A stretch of DNA of 64,000 bases from Diadema antillarum (Eukaryota): positions 1,054,001 through 1,118,000 of the forward strand of contig NW_027271292.1 in the NCBI RefSeq assembly GCF_040938485.1, given 5' to 3'. Made by a program: the position numbers and the translations under genes. Below the pieces are notes generated by a model. The model made no database searches. It saw only the letters and a list, made by a program, of their open reading frames with translations, and was not told the DNA's origin. Positions 13,859 to 28,071 of this stretch are shown here, one piece after another; the stretch's first letter is position 1, and each line of letters begins with the position of its first letter.

Positions 13859-14599
13859 GTAGGAATGTACAATCATACCATTACATCAACACATACCTAC
13901 GTGCATCTGCACTTAATGATTGCTTAGTATAAGTGCTCCCTCCAATAAGGCTGAGGCCGTTTACATTACACAAAATATGATTAAAATACACAACTGCTGA
14001 ATCTCAACTAAGAGTTTTATGGTGCGTTTATACATATTGAATAATACAAAACCAAATCAAATTACATAGTATGAGAAGGGAAATGTGTTTCTCTATAACT
14101 TTTGTGAAGGAGTCCGGAGAAACACAATATGTATGAGGGAGTAAAAATATCTGACTCGTAATCTTTTGCAGATAACGTCTACTTCCTGCTTGATTTGGTG
14201 TTATCATGGTTACTGGATGATTGACTTGGGGATAAGGCCTATGACTTGAAGGTCGTGTAAGATGTTTGTTGGATGTGTATGATGCAGTAAAACAATCGGA
14301 TAGGGCATATCTAACCTGAGCTCTGACTGCCGACTGATTTATGAAATGTAGATGGGTAAGATTATGATTATTCTCTGTTGAACAGGATGTCAGTAAAGAA
14401 AATAGCGATGGTAGATGAATTCGTCTAATCTCGTTGGTGTTCATGTAACAAAGGAATGTCACACTTGCATGGAGCGATTTCTCACAGCTGATTGATCAGG
14501 TTAAGTTTTTGCAGGGTGTTGAGTTGAGTTGAGTTGAGTTGATTTTATTCATTGGACCATGGTTGCTGTTCATCAGTAAGGCCGTGAAATTAATGATGG

Positions 14600-14990
14600 G
14601 TTACATTTCGTTCCGAATGTTCGTAATTCAGAAAATGAATGAAGGTTGGTTTTGTGATCTTTCGTAAGTAGGAAAGTTCTCCCGCTTCCCCCCTTTTTTT
14701 TTGAATAACTAACCTTATTTCATTTTTGGATCAACGAATCTTATTTCTTACTTGCAGGATATGATTTGTACACTTATATTCTTTGGTGAAAATGAAAATG
14801 AATGAATGAAAATGAAATGAATATTAATACACTGTATGGGTAAATAGAAAAAAAAATACGAACCTTATTTCATTTTCGGAACCACGAACCTTCGGAATAA
14901 CATCCTTCGAAATTATGTCACATTAATGTTCGGATGATGGAATCTTTCGAACATCTTGAACATCTTGGGATGGGGAATTTTATGTTTCGG
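14600..14990. repeat. Interspersed repeat family built on GAACCTTCGGAA/TTCCGAAGGTTC motifs
   Basis: The same motifs recur at ~47640-47790, ~49290-49800 and ~54115-54230. Confidence 0.65.
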
Positions 14991-15860
14991 AATATAGAAC
15001 ATGGCCCTATACAGACAACATATCATGTAACCCCCCCCCCCCCCCCATAAAAAAAAATACAAATACAAATACAAATAGTACCAAAAATACACATTCAATA
15101 TTTCTTTTTCCAATTCAGCTTACTTTATTGATAATCATAAAAGGAGAATATTTACAGGGTAAAATGTGATGCGGAGTTTACGGAGAAAATCATAGCATCA
15201 AGTCAAATGAGTCCCCCTTTGTAGAGTTACATAATTATGTACAAATATAGATTAAGAGTCGAATTTTGAATATTTCATTAAAGTAGCAGATTAATACATC
15301 AACATAAAGAAATATAAGAAACATAAAATTATGCTTCAACACTAAACAAATAAAACAAACAGACAGAACAAATGGATGGACGGATGCAGTTGGTTCATTT
15401 GGTAGGCACTACAATCATGTTTTATATCTAAACTTAAGCACTTTGAGTAGATATATTCTTTTAAAAAAAAAGATGTCTAAATCATTCCAGACCTTAGCAC
15501 TTTTAGGGAAAATAGAATTCTTCTATTTGACGCTCATGCGACAAAAAAGGTAAAACAATATTACGATTGTACAATTTATTCATTACCAAACAGCCTCCGA
15601 AAATATAAGAGTTGCATTCAAATGTTTATGCATAAAGAGACCGTAAGACAAAAACACAATGACAGTGTGAGAGCATTAATAAAAACATCATGGAGCCGTG
15701 TAATCAAGATAATTAGCATTTCAAAAAAAAATCTGAATTGCCTTTTTTTTCTATAGAAGATACAAATGATGAAATTAAATGAGTGGATTCCAGGTCATAC
15801 AAGACTGCAATAATCAAGATGAGGTAATATAAAGAAATGGTATTTAAAGAATAGTAGCAT

Positions 15861-16592
15861 TTAAAGGGTTGGTATATCATTGGTTAATATGGGGATTCAG
15901 GTTTCAACTTTTTGCGAGCTAATTAGAGACCATTTATATGAAATACTAAAGAGCATACAATTCTAAGAGGAATCAAAAGTTCATTTCATTTGACGAAAAT
16001 TATTTTTGAAATGACTGGGATATCCACTAAAAAGTAGAACAAAGTAGTCCTGATAAAAGGTTGGACTCACCTTTTTTAATGAATATGTTCGTTGAATAGG
16101 TCGTGGTTAACATTATGACAATGATTTTTCATCATGTGATGTATCAGAAGCAGTCGTACCATTATTACCATAAATACCTTATCATTATGTCAATGGGATG
16201 GTAAAGTATGGGTGGAGATGAGGATTGGGCTTTTTAACTTTTTGAGAATACCAAGAAACCACTTATGAAATCATACAGAGCGTACCATTCTGAGAGAAAT
16301 TCAAAGTTTATTAGATGAAAATCGGTTTTGGAATGACCGAGAAATCCACAAACAAAGTAAAACAAAGCGATTCTTATAAAAGATGGGTCCAACCTTCAAT
16401 TAGAATTGCTCTGTTTTTTTTATATCTCAGCCGTTTCAATACCAATTTTCGTCAAATAAACAATGAATCCCTTTTAGAATTACATGCTCTTTCATAATTA
16501 TTTCCTAACAGGTTTCTCATTATCTCACACAAAAAAAAAAAAATGTTCGAAACCTAAAGTTAGGTCTCAACCAAAACTATACGATCCCTTTA
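15861..16592. mobile_element. Palindromic TAAAGGG-terminal DNA element (MITE family)
   Basis: Imperfect TIRs TAAAGGGTTGGTATA...TTCAGGTTTC / GAAACCTAAAG...CTATACGATCCCTTTA. Partial copies at ~24779-24900, ~30140-30305 and ~31370-31650; the last has the central palindrome TAATAAAAGGTGG-GAC-CCACCTTTTATTA. Confidence 0.7.
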
Positions 16593-17109
16593 TTGGCAAT
16601 ACGCCGAAGTTGGATCCAAGTGATAATTACCAACGTGATACGTATCACATCGGAAAGTGATATACATTATTCCCTATTTGATTCTGATGATGAGTTTACG
16701 ATCAGCATATTAAAAGGGATTCTCCTTTCTCAAATACCCTTTTCTGAGGCAATAAGAAAGCATTCTGATGATCCATCATATATTTTACTCTCCCTCGTCC
16801 ACATGTGGAAAGAAAAATAAAACATGCTCACTGTACCACACACCACGTCGTTGTAATAGCAAACTATAAAATACCTTAACTTGTAGCACTGTTGTCAAAA
16901 ATATGTATTAAAATCTTGCAAATTGTCAGCATATATTATTGTATCGTTCCGAGAATACCTCGCTTAGTTGTTCCTTTTTTAAATTTTTTTAAATTTTGAA
17001 AACAACATCCTTAATGCACCCCCATCCCAAGAATAACAGCCATACCATAGTATGCATTCGCTTTGAGCATTCTACGCCCAGAGTGAGTTTGGTGTCCTAT
17101 AAGCCGTAT

Positions 17110-17139
17110 AATAATATGATGACGATAATAATGATGATG

Positions 17140-17176
<37 letters not shown>

Positions 17177-17330
17177 TAATTATGATAATAATGATAACAA
17201 CAAAAACAAAAATGGTAATAATAATAATAACTATTATTATTATCATCATTATCGTTATTATTTTTATTATTGTTCTTCTTCTTATTATTATCATTGTTAT
17301 CATCATCACTATCATTATTAATATCTTATT
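17110..17330. repeat. (AAT)n followed by (ATT/ATC)n microsatellite, self-complementary
   Basis: Direct reading; explains the poly-Ile ORFs on both strands. Confidence 0.9.
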
Positions 17331-17362
17331 ACCAGAAAATACTGCGACCCTTTAATTCCCAG

Positions 17363-17478
17363 GTCTGAGAACACTGTCCTTCATCGTATGTGCGATGGTC
17401 ATCTCCTGGGGCCCTTCGGCCGTGACTATCATTATCTCCTCCTTCTGCGCAGACTGCCTACCTGGATTCACGTACTCG
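17363..17478 (+). CDS. Gene A coding exon 2 (TM6-ECL3), 116 nt
   Basis: CCCAG| acceptor and |GTGAG donor. Phase 1 fits exon 1, giving (G)LRTLSFIVCAMVISWGPSAVTIIISSFCADCLPGFTYS with W6.48-x-P6.50 and the ECL3 CxxC. Confidence 0.9.
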
Positions 17479-17950
17479 GTGAGAAAAATTCTGTTCAGTC
17501 TATACGGTTAGAGGGAATTTTCTCACCAGAACATCTTAAACCTTTTTAATAGTTAGTACTATGGTATAATTGAATTGAATTGTAAGACTTAATAATCAGT
17601 GCTCTACTGCACGTGAATAATAAATATTCAAGATGTGTTGAAAGTTACACAATGAGAAATTGAGAAAAGAACAGTAAAATGAAATATCCTTTTATTGAAT
17701 TTTACTGTTCTAAGTTTGTGTGTGTGTTTTCCCCCAAAATGGTTTGTTCTTTTCATTTGTGAATGCCATTTTCTTTCACAATGACCAGTCTTTTTTCACA
17801 ATTCTATGTATTTATCATATCAATTTATGCCTGCATATTAAAAAATATAATAAACTGAAGAGAATGAAAATGATACTTGCTGTAAGTAGGCGATGTCCTC
17901 ATTGCAAACTGAATTTTCTTTCATTTAAACTTGTTTACTTCATCTCTCAG

Positions 17951-18067
17951 GTCACCGTCTTCTGGGGATACATGAACAGCATGCTGAACCCTGTGTGTTA
18001 CGCCCTAGCCGATCAGATCTTCAAGCAATCTTTTATGAGCATCATAACACTGAAGTGCCTTAGATAA
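17951..18067 (+). CDS. Gene A coding exon 3 (TM7-helix 8, stop)
   Basis: TCTCAG| acceptor, phase 0; reads VTVFWGYMNSMLNPVCYALADQIFKQSFMSIITLKCLR*. The spliced CDS from 12838 is 1254 nt = 417 aa. Confidence 0.9.
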   Translation, partial: VTVFWGYMNSMLNPVCYALADQIFKQSFMSIITLKCLR

Positions 18068-19764
18068 GCAACAAGTCACCGGGATTCACATCCACGTGTG
18101 TTTCATTCATTGCAGAACAATCTTACAATCTTATCAATGTAGGTGTCCACTGTCCCGAAGTTGAGCAAAGAAGGACACACCATATAGGAAGTACATATTC
18201 AAAATCGTCTCTTATCATGTAAACATCCGTTTATTAAGGGCACCTTAAAGCCATCGTATAATCGACGGTGGAGTTTCTCATGCTGCTATTGCTTTGACTT
18301 TTGATAGGCTTTTAACCAAATTCGGGGCTAACTTCTGAAAATTTTGAAATTCCATATTCGTATGGCCATCTAGTGTCCGTTTCGGGACAGTGTGAAGTCA
18401 CACTAAACACAATGACGCAGTTTGTGGAATGTAGCCATCAAGAACATCAGTTGTTGCTATGCCCGGCAAGCCTTAAATTATGGCGACGAATTGAAGTCAA
18501 CACGATATCTACGGCAGAGAAATTTGAATAATATACGACGAAAGTAATGTGAGGCTCCCTCCAATTTCCGTCAAAAAATGTCCCCTGGAAGGTGATAACC
18601 AGTAGAAAACCAGCTACTAGAAAAAATGCGTGTTGTTGTTCTGTATTAAAAAGTCTGTTTGATCAACAAATATTCAGAAGAAAACGTTATTTGCCTGAGA
18701 AAGTCATATATGACAAGTATAACGCTGCAAATGATATACAGAATGTATAAACAAAATGGTAATCTGAAAACGGAATCCGATTGATTTCATTCAAACTTCC
18801 AAACTCTAATCGAGCTTGAGGTTCCATTGAATTTTTAAGTAATATAGTAACTAACATTTTTAGATCCACTACATTATCTGACAGAATTATCATCTGCGGA
18901 ATTTTTAGAAGAACAAGAGATAGTTACCATGACGGTGCGCGATATCGACGTACGGCGGGTGTGGCAAAAGAACACACCGCATCATTTCTTCTGCTTGTTT
19001 TTTTTTCTTTTATCTGACTTCGCCAAATTTCACTGCTCTGGCGCTTTACAATCGTGACATAACAGATGGCCTTTAGTGAGTCAGAGAGGTAGATACATGA
19101 TTAAGAGATTCTTAGCATTGGTTGCCTGTCAGTGTAATGAACTCGGATATGATGACAGTTGTGTTAAAAAATAATATGGCTGCTGTCAGCGTTATATGGG
19201 ACATAGAAGGAAAATTATAATCACAAAATATAGGTCTTTTAAGGTATGTAAAATATGTCATTGTAGGACATACGAATATACACGACCTGTATGAGCCCCT
19301 GATGAACTTCCAGCAATGCAACTATAAAGAGAGGTGTTTCTGTAAAAATTCACGTACCTGAACACGGTGACAGGACAATTGCCAACACAAACACACACCT
19401 GAAAAGTCGTGGTAATATCACAGTGTCACAGCCAGCTTAATCATAGATCATTTGTCACAGATTGCCTGCATGCCATTTGTCATTACTCTGCAATGTATAA
19501 CACCCACGTGCGCACTATTAGCGTCATTACCTTGGAGAGAGCTTGAGAAGAACGTAGAACGTAGAACGTGAAGAACGTGACCGAGACATGACAAGCGGTA
19601 TTCGTGCTCTTGACACGAGCTAAATTAGTGTTTGATTTATGTTCTCTTCGCTGACAGTCATTTAAAAAGGTTTTAGAGTAGTCGAGGTTGATACCACTCT
19701 TTGTAATGTCAACCGTATTATTCCGACCTTCTTTGTCGACTGTGCTCAAAAAGCATTAATATAC

Positions 19765-19933
19765 AAATGATGCACAGGATAGAGTGCGTTAGTGTAGGCG
19801 TAGTGCACTCGAGGGTATTTACAATTGTGAAACATGCACGAGGCGAAGCCGAGTGCATGTTGCACTACATTGTAAATACCCGAGAGTGAGCTACGCCTAC
19901 ACTAACGCCACGAAATAATCCTGTGCATCATTT
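19765..19933. repeat. 169-bp foldback hairpin element with GCGAAGC apex
   Basis: Perfect arm pairs 19765-80/19918-33, 19786-803/19891-908, 19812-24/19869-81 and 19831-39/19853-61. Confidence 0.9.
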
Positions 19934-21354
19934 GTTTTATAAAATGGGTCGAAAATTCGAAAACTAACATCATTTTTCAGCGTTTTTCACGTACCTTTGT
20001 GGGTCAAGACGTCCGAAGATGTTCGTCCCAAACTTTTACGCACGTCGCACTCGCGGAAGTCCCGCACATACAGTATAAGTATAATGGGGGGTTGGGTTTC
20101 TGGACACCCGCATGAAAACTTACTTATTTTACATAGAATATGCACCCTTTACCTTAAAGACTTGATATAGACTCCTCATATAGGCCTACTAGACAACATA
20201 CTCTGAAAACGGCGTGAGAATTAACCTGCTAAATCGTTGGATTTGCTCTTCAAAGTGACTCCATGTACGCGTCCGGTCCCACAACGCTTGGTCTACTGTA
20301 CTGTACAAAGTGTACGTATAGTACAGTATACGTACGTATACATACGCCACATTTGTTATGCACAAGGGAAGACAGGCCGGCCGGCCGGCAGCCCGAACTA
20401 GAAGTTGTTTACAGGATTGACAGCGCGTACGCGTATGCATGCAATTCATCAAAGGAGCCGCCGCGCGCACAGACGATCGGCAATCTACCATAGGATTACA
20501 GGCAGTGCAGTTGTACTGAAGTAAAGGAAGGAGGTGTGTCTCATTTCAGCGCTTCCTATTGGCTACATTCTTGAACCCATTTTATAATACGTTTTAAAAC
20601 CCCCGCATTATCACAAACGTAATCTCGAACGATAGATGTAATAACAAACAGGCCATCCAGTTGCACTAGAGTTTCAGATTCTTCAGGACTGTTTGATCAA
20701 CCTTTAAACGCAAAACACTAAAAATAATAAAAAAACGTTTAATGGACTCCATAATCACCACAATTGGGCCTTACCAATGACCGCTTATAGAATTTGAAGA
20801 TTTTTTGACGATATCCTATTTGATTCTCAAGATCTGAAGTTTTCAAAAAAAAAAGAAAGAAAAGAACCCGATTAATATATTTGCTCTTCATCATATTTCC
20901 TTTCTTAGAATTGCATGTCCATCAAGCATTCCCAACGGGAAGTCTCTCTCTCTCTACCAGATATCTTATGTCTATCATAAATATGTTTGTATCCATATGT
21001 TTACATGTTTGTTATTTTGCATTTGTTAAAAACATGCTGTATTATTATACCCCCGCCAAACGAAGTTTGAAGGGGTATATAGGAATCATTATATATGTAT
21101 TTGTAGTTATTGTTATGCTTAAGTATATTTTTGAATGTATATTGTTAATATATTGAAGGTTAGTCGAGTTCAATATGATTTTACATTATACATTGTCATT
21201 GTAGATTCTAAAGAAGGGCAATTAGCCCGAAAGCTCAGTTAAAGGGGTTGCAACTCAACATCACAGCCACGTCTCTCGTGCAAGTTTTGCTGGCAATATA
21301 TTTAACTGTCCTTGCACCGCCCCGCCATGTTCTGGTTTAGTTCATTGCTGTCAC

Positions 21355-21395
<41 letters not shown>

Positions 21396-22126
21396 TATGA
21401 CAAAAATACCATATAATTGGCCAAAAATGGCAATCATTCCTGCGGGAGTAAGCCAGAATTAATAAGAAACGGGCGAGTTTAGTTTGCAGTAGAGTACATG
21501 AATGTATATTCTGCATTAGTGAAGAGTATATCATGATTTGGCTGGTTTTGTTTATAAAATCCTTGAGGTATACATTTGTTCGTACGATCAGTATTCCTGT
21601 CATGTGTACACTACGGGTTTACGTTGCCATTATCATTGTGATAACAGTATAAAGACTTTAATGTAATTACTAGTGGCAATATAACAATTATTATAATCAT
21701 CATCGTCATGACGGTTCATATTTCTTGAATAAATTGTTGTGTAATCGATTTTGGAAGTGAAATGCTCTTTGGAAGCATCAACGATTAGACACTCAAGGAG
21801 GTGAATGGCTCGGGCCTAACAAGGTCGAGCTAATCACGTCGCTGAGCAACAATGGATCTGAGCTACATTGGTTAGTCACTTAGTATCAAGGCTGACCATA
21901 ACAATGCGCCATGTGAGCTGTTGTGAATGCCATTAGAATCAAATTGGGGAAATATTCATCATGCCAAAGGCTGTCGATTCCTGCAGTGATAGCAATTTCA
22001 CTAACTAAGCAAATACAGATTTGTAAATATACCACTTTCATCATCGTCCTTACAGTTGTTGTTGTTCGATTTATTATGCGTTTATCATTCCCATTGGAAT
22101 ATTTACGCCAAACTTTTATTTGCAAA

Positions 22127-22284
22127 ANNNNNNNNNNNNNNNNNNNNNNNNNNNNNNNNNNNNNNNNNNNNNNNNNNNNNNNNNNNNNNNNNNNNNNNNN
22201 NNNNNNNNNNNNNNNNNNNNNNNNNNNNNNNNNNNNNNNNNNNNNNNNNNNNNNNNNNNNNNNNNNNNNNNNNNNNNNNNNNNN
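22127..22284. other. Assembly gap (N run); other gaps at ~25683-25821, 34696-34910, 52714-52850, 54879-55011, 55672-55812
   Basis: Runs of n in the sequence. Confidence 0.98.
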
Positions 22285-23032
22285 AGTCGTATAGTAGTAG
22301 TATAAATGATTAAAAAATTTAATCTATACATCAACTGTCCCCTTCACTAGCCTCAGTTCGAGATTGCCCTATCAACAATGTTGTATTTTCTGGCCAGCCC
22401 GGTTCGGTACCTTAGCAGGCTTCTCAGCATGGAGAAGAGCTGATTGGCTGTCTACCTGCCTAGGTCACTCCAGTACACGAAAGGGGTTCGACCGATGCTC
22501 GTGATGAAGCAGAACATGCTATTTATCGCGTAATTTACCATAGCCTTACATAAAATGAAAATGATAATAAAATGATAATAATAATAATAATAATTGTAAT
22601 AGTAATATAGTAATGATAACAGTATAACTATATTAATGATATTGTTGTCTCCATGATGATGTGTTTAGACTTGAAGTGTGGAGCTGAGATTGAGTTTCAA
22701 ATTGATTCATTAGGATGTTCTCATTCGACCGTCTATGTAAGCACATGCATATGTCAGTCACCTGATGGACATGGAAATGACTGTCACGTGATGTGAAATA
22801 CAGACTGATGGATTGTGGTTCTGTAACGACAATTTGTTGCCCATGCGCAAAACCACCCTTTGCTGCTATAAATGATGCTACCTACCAAGTGGTGTGGTCA
22901 TACCTTGTAAATTCGCGCCCCTCTTGGACTTCTCTTTTCGTTGAGAAAGTTTCCGCGGGTTCTTTTCAGCTGTCTCACCGCAACTGTTCCTTGATACAAG
23001 TCAGATTTGTCTTTTCCTAAAAACTTATCAAA

Positions 23033-23040
23033 ATGGAAAG
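23033..23040 (+). CDS. Gene B predicted initiator micro-exon coding part (ATG GAA AG)
   Basis: AAA-ATGGAAAG|GTGAGT is a consensus donor. Phase 2 joins the CTAG|G acceptor at 23575 to give MERIVTTVF.... The large exon has no in-frame ATG before TM1 and has an in-frame TAA at 23555. Confidence 0.7.
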
Positions 23041-23574
23041 GTGAGTGCATATCATAGATTGCTTTATGATTCGTTGATGCTGAGTTACATTACATTATCA
23101 AATTAGTCAGATTATAGTATGTGGCGCGACATATTCTTAGCAGGTCTTCATAATTGTAAACTAGAACAAAAAATAAATAAATAATGCTTGAGCAGAAGAA
23201 ATGTAGTAATGAAGTAATGGAGTAATGGGACACGATTTAGTTTGGTTGATGTTGAGTATCACACTACATCGTAACATATCTCGGAAGAGCGAGGGACATC
23301 ATCATTATCAAGAGAATTGCACGGTAAATGAAAGTAAGAATAAAAGCAGTGTAAGAAGTCGAAACTGTTCTCGGAATCTGATATCAATCTTGTGAACTAC
23401 GCATCATTATTTTTAGTACAAAACCGCAAATGTAGATCAAGAAAAGGGCAAGACACATGCTCATGTGCAAAAATAGCTACAAAAGTGTAATTTAGTTATC
23501 GTGATGAAAACAAAAATGAGGAATTCATACTTACCAACAAATACAAGAAATATCTAATCATTATCAATATCTAG

Positions 23575-24515
23575 GATAGTGACAACTGTATTCCAGTTGG
23601 ACGTGAACTTTGTCGAGGAGGTGACGAAAGTAGCTGAGGAAGAAAGTATTTCCTCCAAAGATTTCGGTGCAGACAGGTTTCCTGATGATCAATTCGTGTT
23701 TGACAACGAGACGACAGGACCCCAAGATTCCAATCCATATTCCAAGGAACTTGTGATCGTTTTATCCATCGCCATCAGTATGATCATCTTCCTGACTATC
23801 ACAGGAAACTTTCTCGTCATCATGTCGTTTTTCGTCTCCAAGAAATTACAAACTTACAATAATTACTTCATCTTGAGTCTGGCCTTGTCCGACCTGGCTG
23901 TCGGAGCGGTGAACATGCCGCTCTTCGCCATAGCACTCGTGACGGGTAAATGGTCAATGGGACAGGTTTTCTGTGACATCTTCACCTTCCTCGATCACGC
24001 CCTCTCCCACGTAAGCGTCGTTCTCGTCACAATCATCAGCATGGACCGCTGTGTTGCCCTGTCATTTCCCTTCCGACATCTTAAATACTGGCGACGTCGT
24101 TCTCGAGCTCTCCTTCTCATCGTCATCGGCTACCTGATCCCAGTCGTGATCTGGCTGCCATCGACAGCCCTCTGGCAGTACGTCTACGGCAGCGACCTCC
24201 CCTCAGCTTCCATCGACACGTGCGAGCCTCGGTACCTGCAGAGCATCGTCTTCAGTTTCATGGCACCGATTCTTTTCCTCTTTATTCCCTTTGTCATGAC
24301 AACCATCTTCAGCTTGAGGATCGTCGTCATCATCAGAAGTTTTCACGAAAGAAAAGTACGACGGACGATGAGATTCAACAAGCCCACAGAAGTAGATGAC
24401 TCCGTTACCGACCAGGCGACGAGGACAGGCTCAATGGTTGTCCGTAAGAATGGATTGAAAGCCGAGGGGGGAGAAAACATCGACAAGCGGCAGATGGACA
24501 AAAATGGAACGAAAG
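23575..24515 (+). CDS. Gene B, muscarinic-like aminergic GPCR, main exon (TM1-TM5, ICL3)
   Basis: Paralogue of gene A (NNYFILSLALSD, CDIFTFLDH, SMDRC, LWQY). Phase-1 donor AAAG|GTATGT at 24516. Confidence 0.9.
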
Positions 24516-26179
24516 GTATGTCCAGTCTAGCGACTTGTTTCGATTTTACAATCTTACTGGGCTTTGGATAATTATAATGAGAATACTACTACTGTTACAA
24601 TAACGATACTCTTTTTGTTTTCAATAGCTGTAACGCCATACACTGTCTACGCTCGTCAATCATAAAATGAAAACACGTTAGTTTAAATATCATTTACAAT
24701 TCACGCAATGGTTACACTGAGAATGGGAAGTGACTGAGTAGGTACTGTATTTCAGGCGCTTCAGGCAATCGAGATTTTAAAGGGATTGCGTAGTTTTTGT
24801 AAAAATGGGGATTCAGGTTTTAACTTTTTTACAACATAATTAGAAACCACCTAGTTCTATATGAAATATAAAAGAGCATGCAATTCTAAGATGAACATTA
24901 CAATTTCTAAAGTGACATCTTCCATACGCAGAGCACGTTTTGAAAAAGCACTGATCTGAGCGCATAGACAGGTATAGGGCTTATACACGCAAAGTCTAGT
25001 TCATGAGCCCAAAGCTGCGCAGTAATATCTCGGGAAGTAAAAGTAACTCATTAAAATGAAAAGGTAGGTCGTACACTTGGAGTAGATGCAGAAATTTTAC
25101 ATTTCTGTACACATTTTACATAGGTACCTTTTGAGTTGAAAATTAGCTGTTTTTCACCTTAGGATTCAGTACTCCGCAAGAGACACACATTTTTGCGCGT
25201 TATATGAACGGCGCGGTGCGCGCGAACAGGCAGGGAGAGGTCCCATCAGATGACCTACTTCGAGAGGTAAAAGAACCATTATTCCTGTCGCACAATCAAA
25301 AAGTAACTCCTTAAAATGAATAATCATATTCTAATGAATATTCATGTAAAATATCTAGCCAATTGGAAAAACTTTCCCATAGGTACCTCTGCAATATTCA
25401 TATTCCATAGCTGCTGACAGAATCTGCCTCTGATACACTCTATTCAACGCGTGCCGCACTTTAGGATACCGCATCCTGATTGGCTAAAAGGTTTTCGGGC
25501 AATCGGTCACCGCGTGATCATTTCATTAATATTCATCACTACTCACGCCACTGGATCGCTGTGATTGGCTTCATGTAAATAAGAACCTCAGATTCAAAAA
25601 TAATGATCTCGCTGCATCGGATACAGTGTATGTACTTTGTGACCTCCTGCGCTGGCGTGCTCTGCATCTCCTGCCTTCTATANNNNNNNNNNNNNNNNNN
25701 NNNNNNNNNNNNNNNNNNNNNNNNNNNNNNNNNNNNNNNNNNNNNNNNNNNNNNNNNNNNNNNNNNNNNNNNNNNNNNNNNNNNNNNNNNNNNNNNNNNN
25801 NNNNNNNNNNNNNNNNNNNNNTCCATGGCACTACTACTACTACTACTCGTACTACTACTCGTACTAGTAGAGTATGGCAAAATCAAAATACATGCCCATT
25901 GGATATTAAAGACAGCTCGCACAGCTAGAAAAGTACGTCAGTAATATAAAAGCTATCAATTTGATTATTATAAAATTGACACTTAATCATTTGGATTAGA
26001 TTTTTGTGTACGGCTATGAATAAAATTCTAACTATTAATCAATTTTCAATGTCGTTGAGTGGCTGAATTGCATAATGTACAGTACTTGTATGTCACTGAG
26101 CTCTGCACTGTCGTAATTACTTTTTGATTCCGTTGGGTTCGATCCCCCCCCCCACTCACACACACACACACACAAATAA

Positions 26180-26210
<31 letters not shown>

Positions 26211-26410
26211 CATCATATCTTAATGTATGCACGCACACCTCTACCGAGCAAAATCAACACAAGCACACATGCTGTATACACATGTCATATCACTGACAAA
26301 ACCTTTTGGACATAAACACGAAAACAGTGTATATATGAAGATAGACCAACAGCCATTTGCTTTTATTCAGTCTTCTTTTTTAGTCATCTGCAAAATTACA
26401 ATACGTGCAA

Positions 26411-26505
26411 ATTCTCCAACAAGATACAGAATTGGTACAAATGCTCTAACAAGAGACAGAATTGGTACAAATCTTCTAACAAGAGACAGAATTGGTACAA
26501 ATCAT
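26411..26505. repeat. 30-bp tandem repeat x3
   Basis: ATTGGTACAA at 26431, 26461 and 26491. Confidence 0.9.
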
Positions 26506-26784
26506 CTATTGTCTTTATAAATTCAATATTTAGTCCTATAAGGTATAGATATCTGCAAAACTATGTGACGGTTTAGAAAAGAATCCAGCGTGTGCAAAAT
26601 TGAATGACAGTTAGTCATTGTGGCAACAATGTATGGATTAATTTCATGGCAGGATTGTACCTATGCGCGTAAAACTTGTAACAAAAAAATCAGGGGTATA
26701 TTTTGCTTATAAATACGAATAGAGTGTAATACACGTTTTGTACACTGAAGTTTGGAAAAGCGCTGAACTAGAGGAGCTGTGTGT

Positions 26785-27028
26785 ATAATTGCATTGGCTG
26801 GAATGGTTTAGCTAATGAGACGTGCAGGGTGTTTCACCATAAGGCTCATCAGTGACTGACCATTTGTTTGTTTTGTTTTGCTTTTTTCATTTATAAGAGA
26901 AGAAGACGGCACGAAGGGTTGTATCGTCTTCTCTTTTGAATGCAAAAATACTGGTCAGTGCTGATGAGCTTTCGGGTGAAGCAGGCTGTATGACTCATAA
27001 GCTAAACTATTCCAGCCAATACAATTAT
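26785..27028. mobile_element. Foldback MITE, ~245 bp, possible TA target site
   Basis: Terminal arms 26785-26813 and 27000-27028 match at 27/29; nested inner inverted arms (GCTCATCAG/CTGATGAGC, AAGAGAAG/CTTCTCTT). Confidence 0.75.
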
Positions 27029-28071
27029 ATTTTTGATGACTTTATCTTTAGGATATTTCAATTATGAGAGAGTCAATTTATACATTTCACGGAGGTTTGG
27101 AAAGATTTAAAATGAATTACATTATAATTCACCACATTCCCTAACAAAAAAAAAAAAAAAAACCTTACATAAATTTCATAATCTGCAACGATAACAAGGA
27201 GCATCATGACTTTTCAGTTGTAATATAGTACAATGTATTAACTGTTTGTATCAAATGTATTCAGAACTACCATTTAGGAATCCATATCCAAAAGTCATGT
27301 CCATTTCAGAACGACTGGGCCATGTGTTCATTGCTTCTAAGTCGTTTAACTGATATACATGGATATGATTATGAACACTTTTTTTAAGTGTGCACGACAC
27401 AGCACTATAACATGTACTGTGAAGGAATACAATAGGTCGTAACAACCCGAAAACTTCTCGGACCTCTTCTGGCGGAAACATAAAAAGTTTGTCATGTACA
27501 TCCATCATAGTAACATTAATAAACATGAAACGGTGTAATGTGAAAATAGAACTTTATACCCTTATATTCGCAGGAAAGATACACAATTATGCAATTTTCT
27601 TCAAAGGGTAATTTTTAACTTTCAAAAAGTTGACTTCTATCAGGACAGTACTGCTCTACTTTGGCAATGGGAAGCAAATGACATACCATCCAATCTGAGT
27701 TAGTGACATTTTCATACTCTATCTAGTGTGCTCTTAGTAGTCAATTCTTGTGCATTGACACTCATCCTACCAAGTGATGTGCTGGGCAAGACATCATGAC
27801 ATTACATTGGCGTCAATAAAGAATGACAGAAACATTTTTCTTTTTTTACAATAAATGTCAGTTTTGTCAATTGCTTCCTTTACCCAAAGTAGGGCAGAGT
27901 ACCCCAAAGTTTAAACACCAGTGTTTGTTTGTTTGTTTGTTTGTTTTTTGACATGCATACTATCTTGAACATCAACAACATCTCTGTATACGTATTCATG
28001 CAACACGATAACACTGTCAGAACTTATTTCATATTTGGACAAAATTCATCGAGTACTCTATTCTACAAGTA

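Noticed and set aside
13859-13932. ORF-track C-terminus of gene A (…GRNVQSYHY…) and of gene B (24516-24571)
   Set aside because: Both are intron read-through; downstream exons supply TM6-TM7 in the correct phase.
21923-22334. ORFs containing X runs at all six gaps
   Set aside because: These are artefacts of translating N runs.
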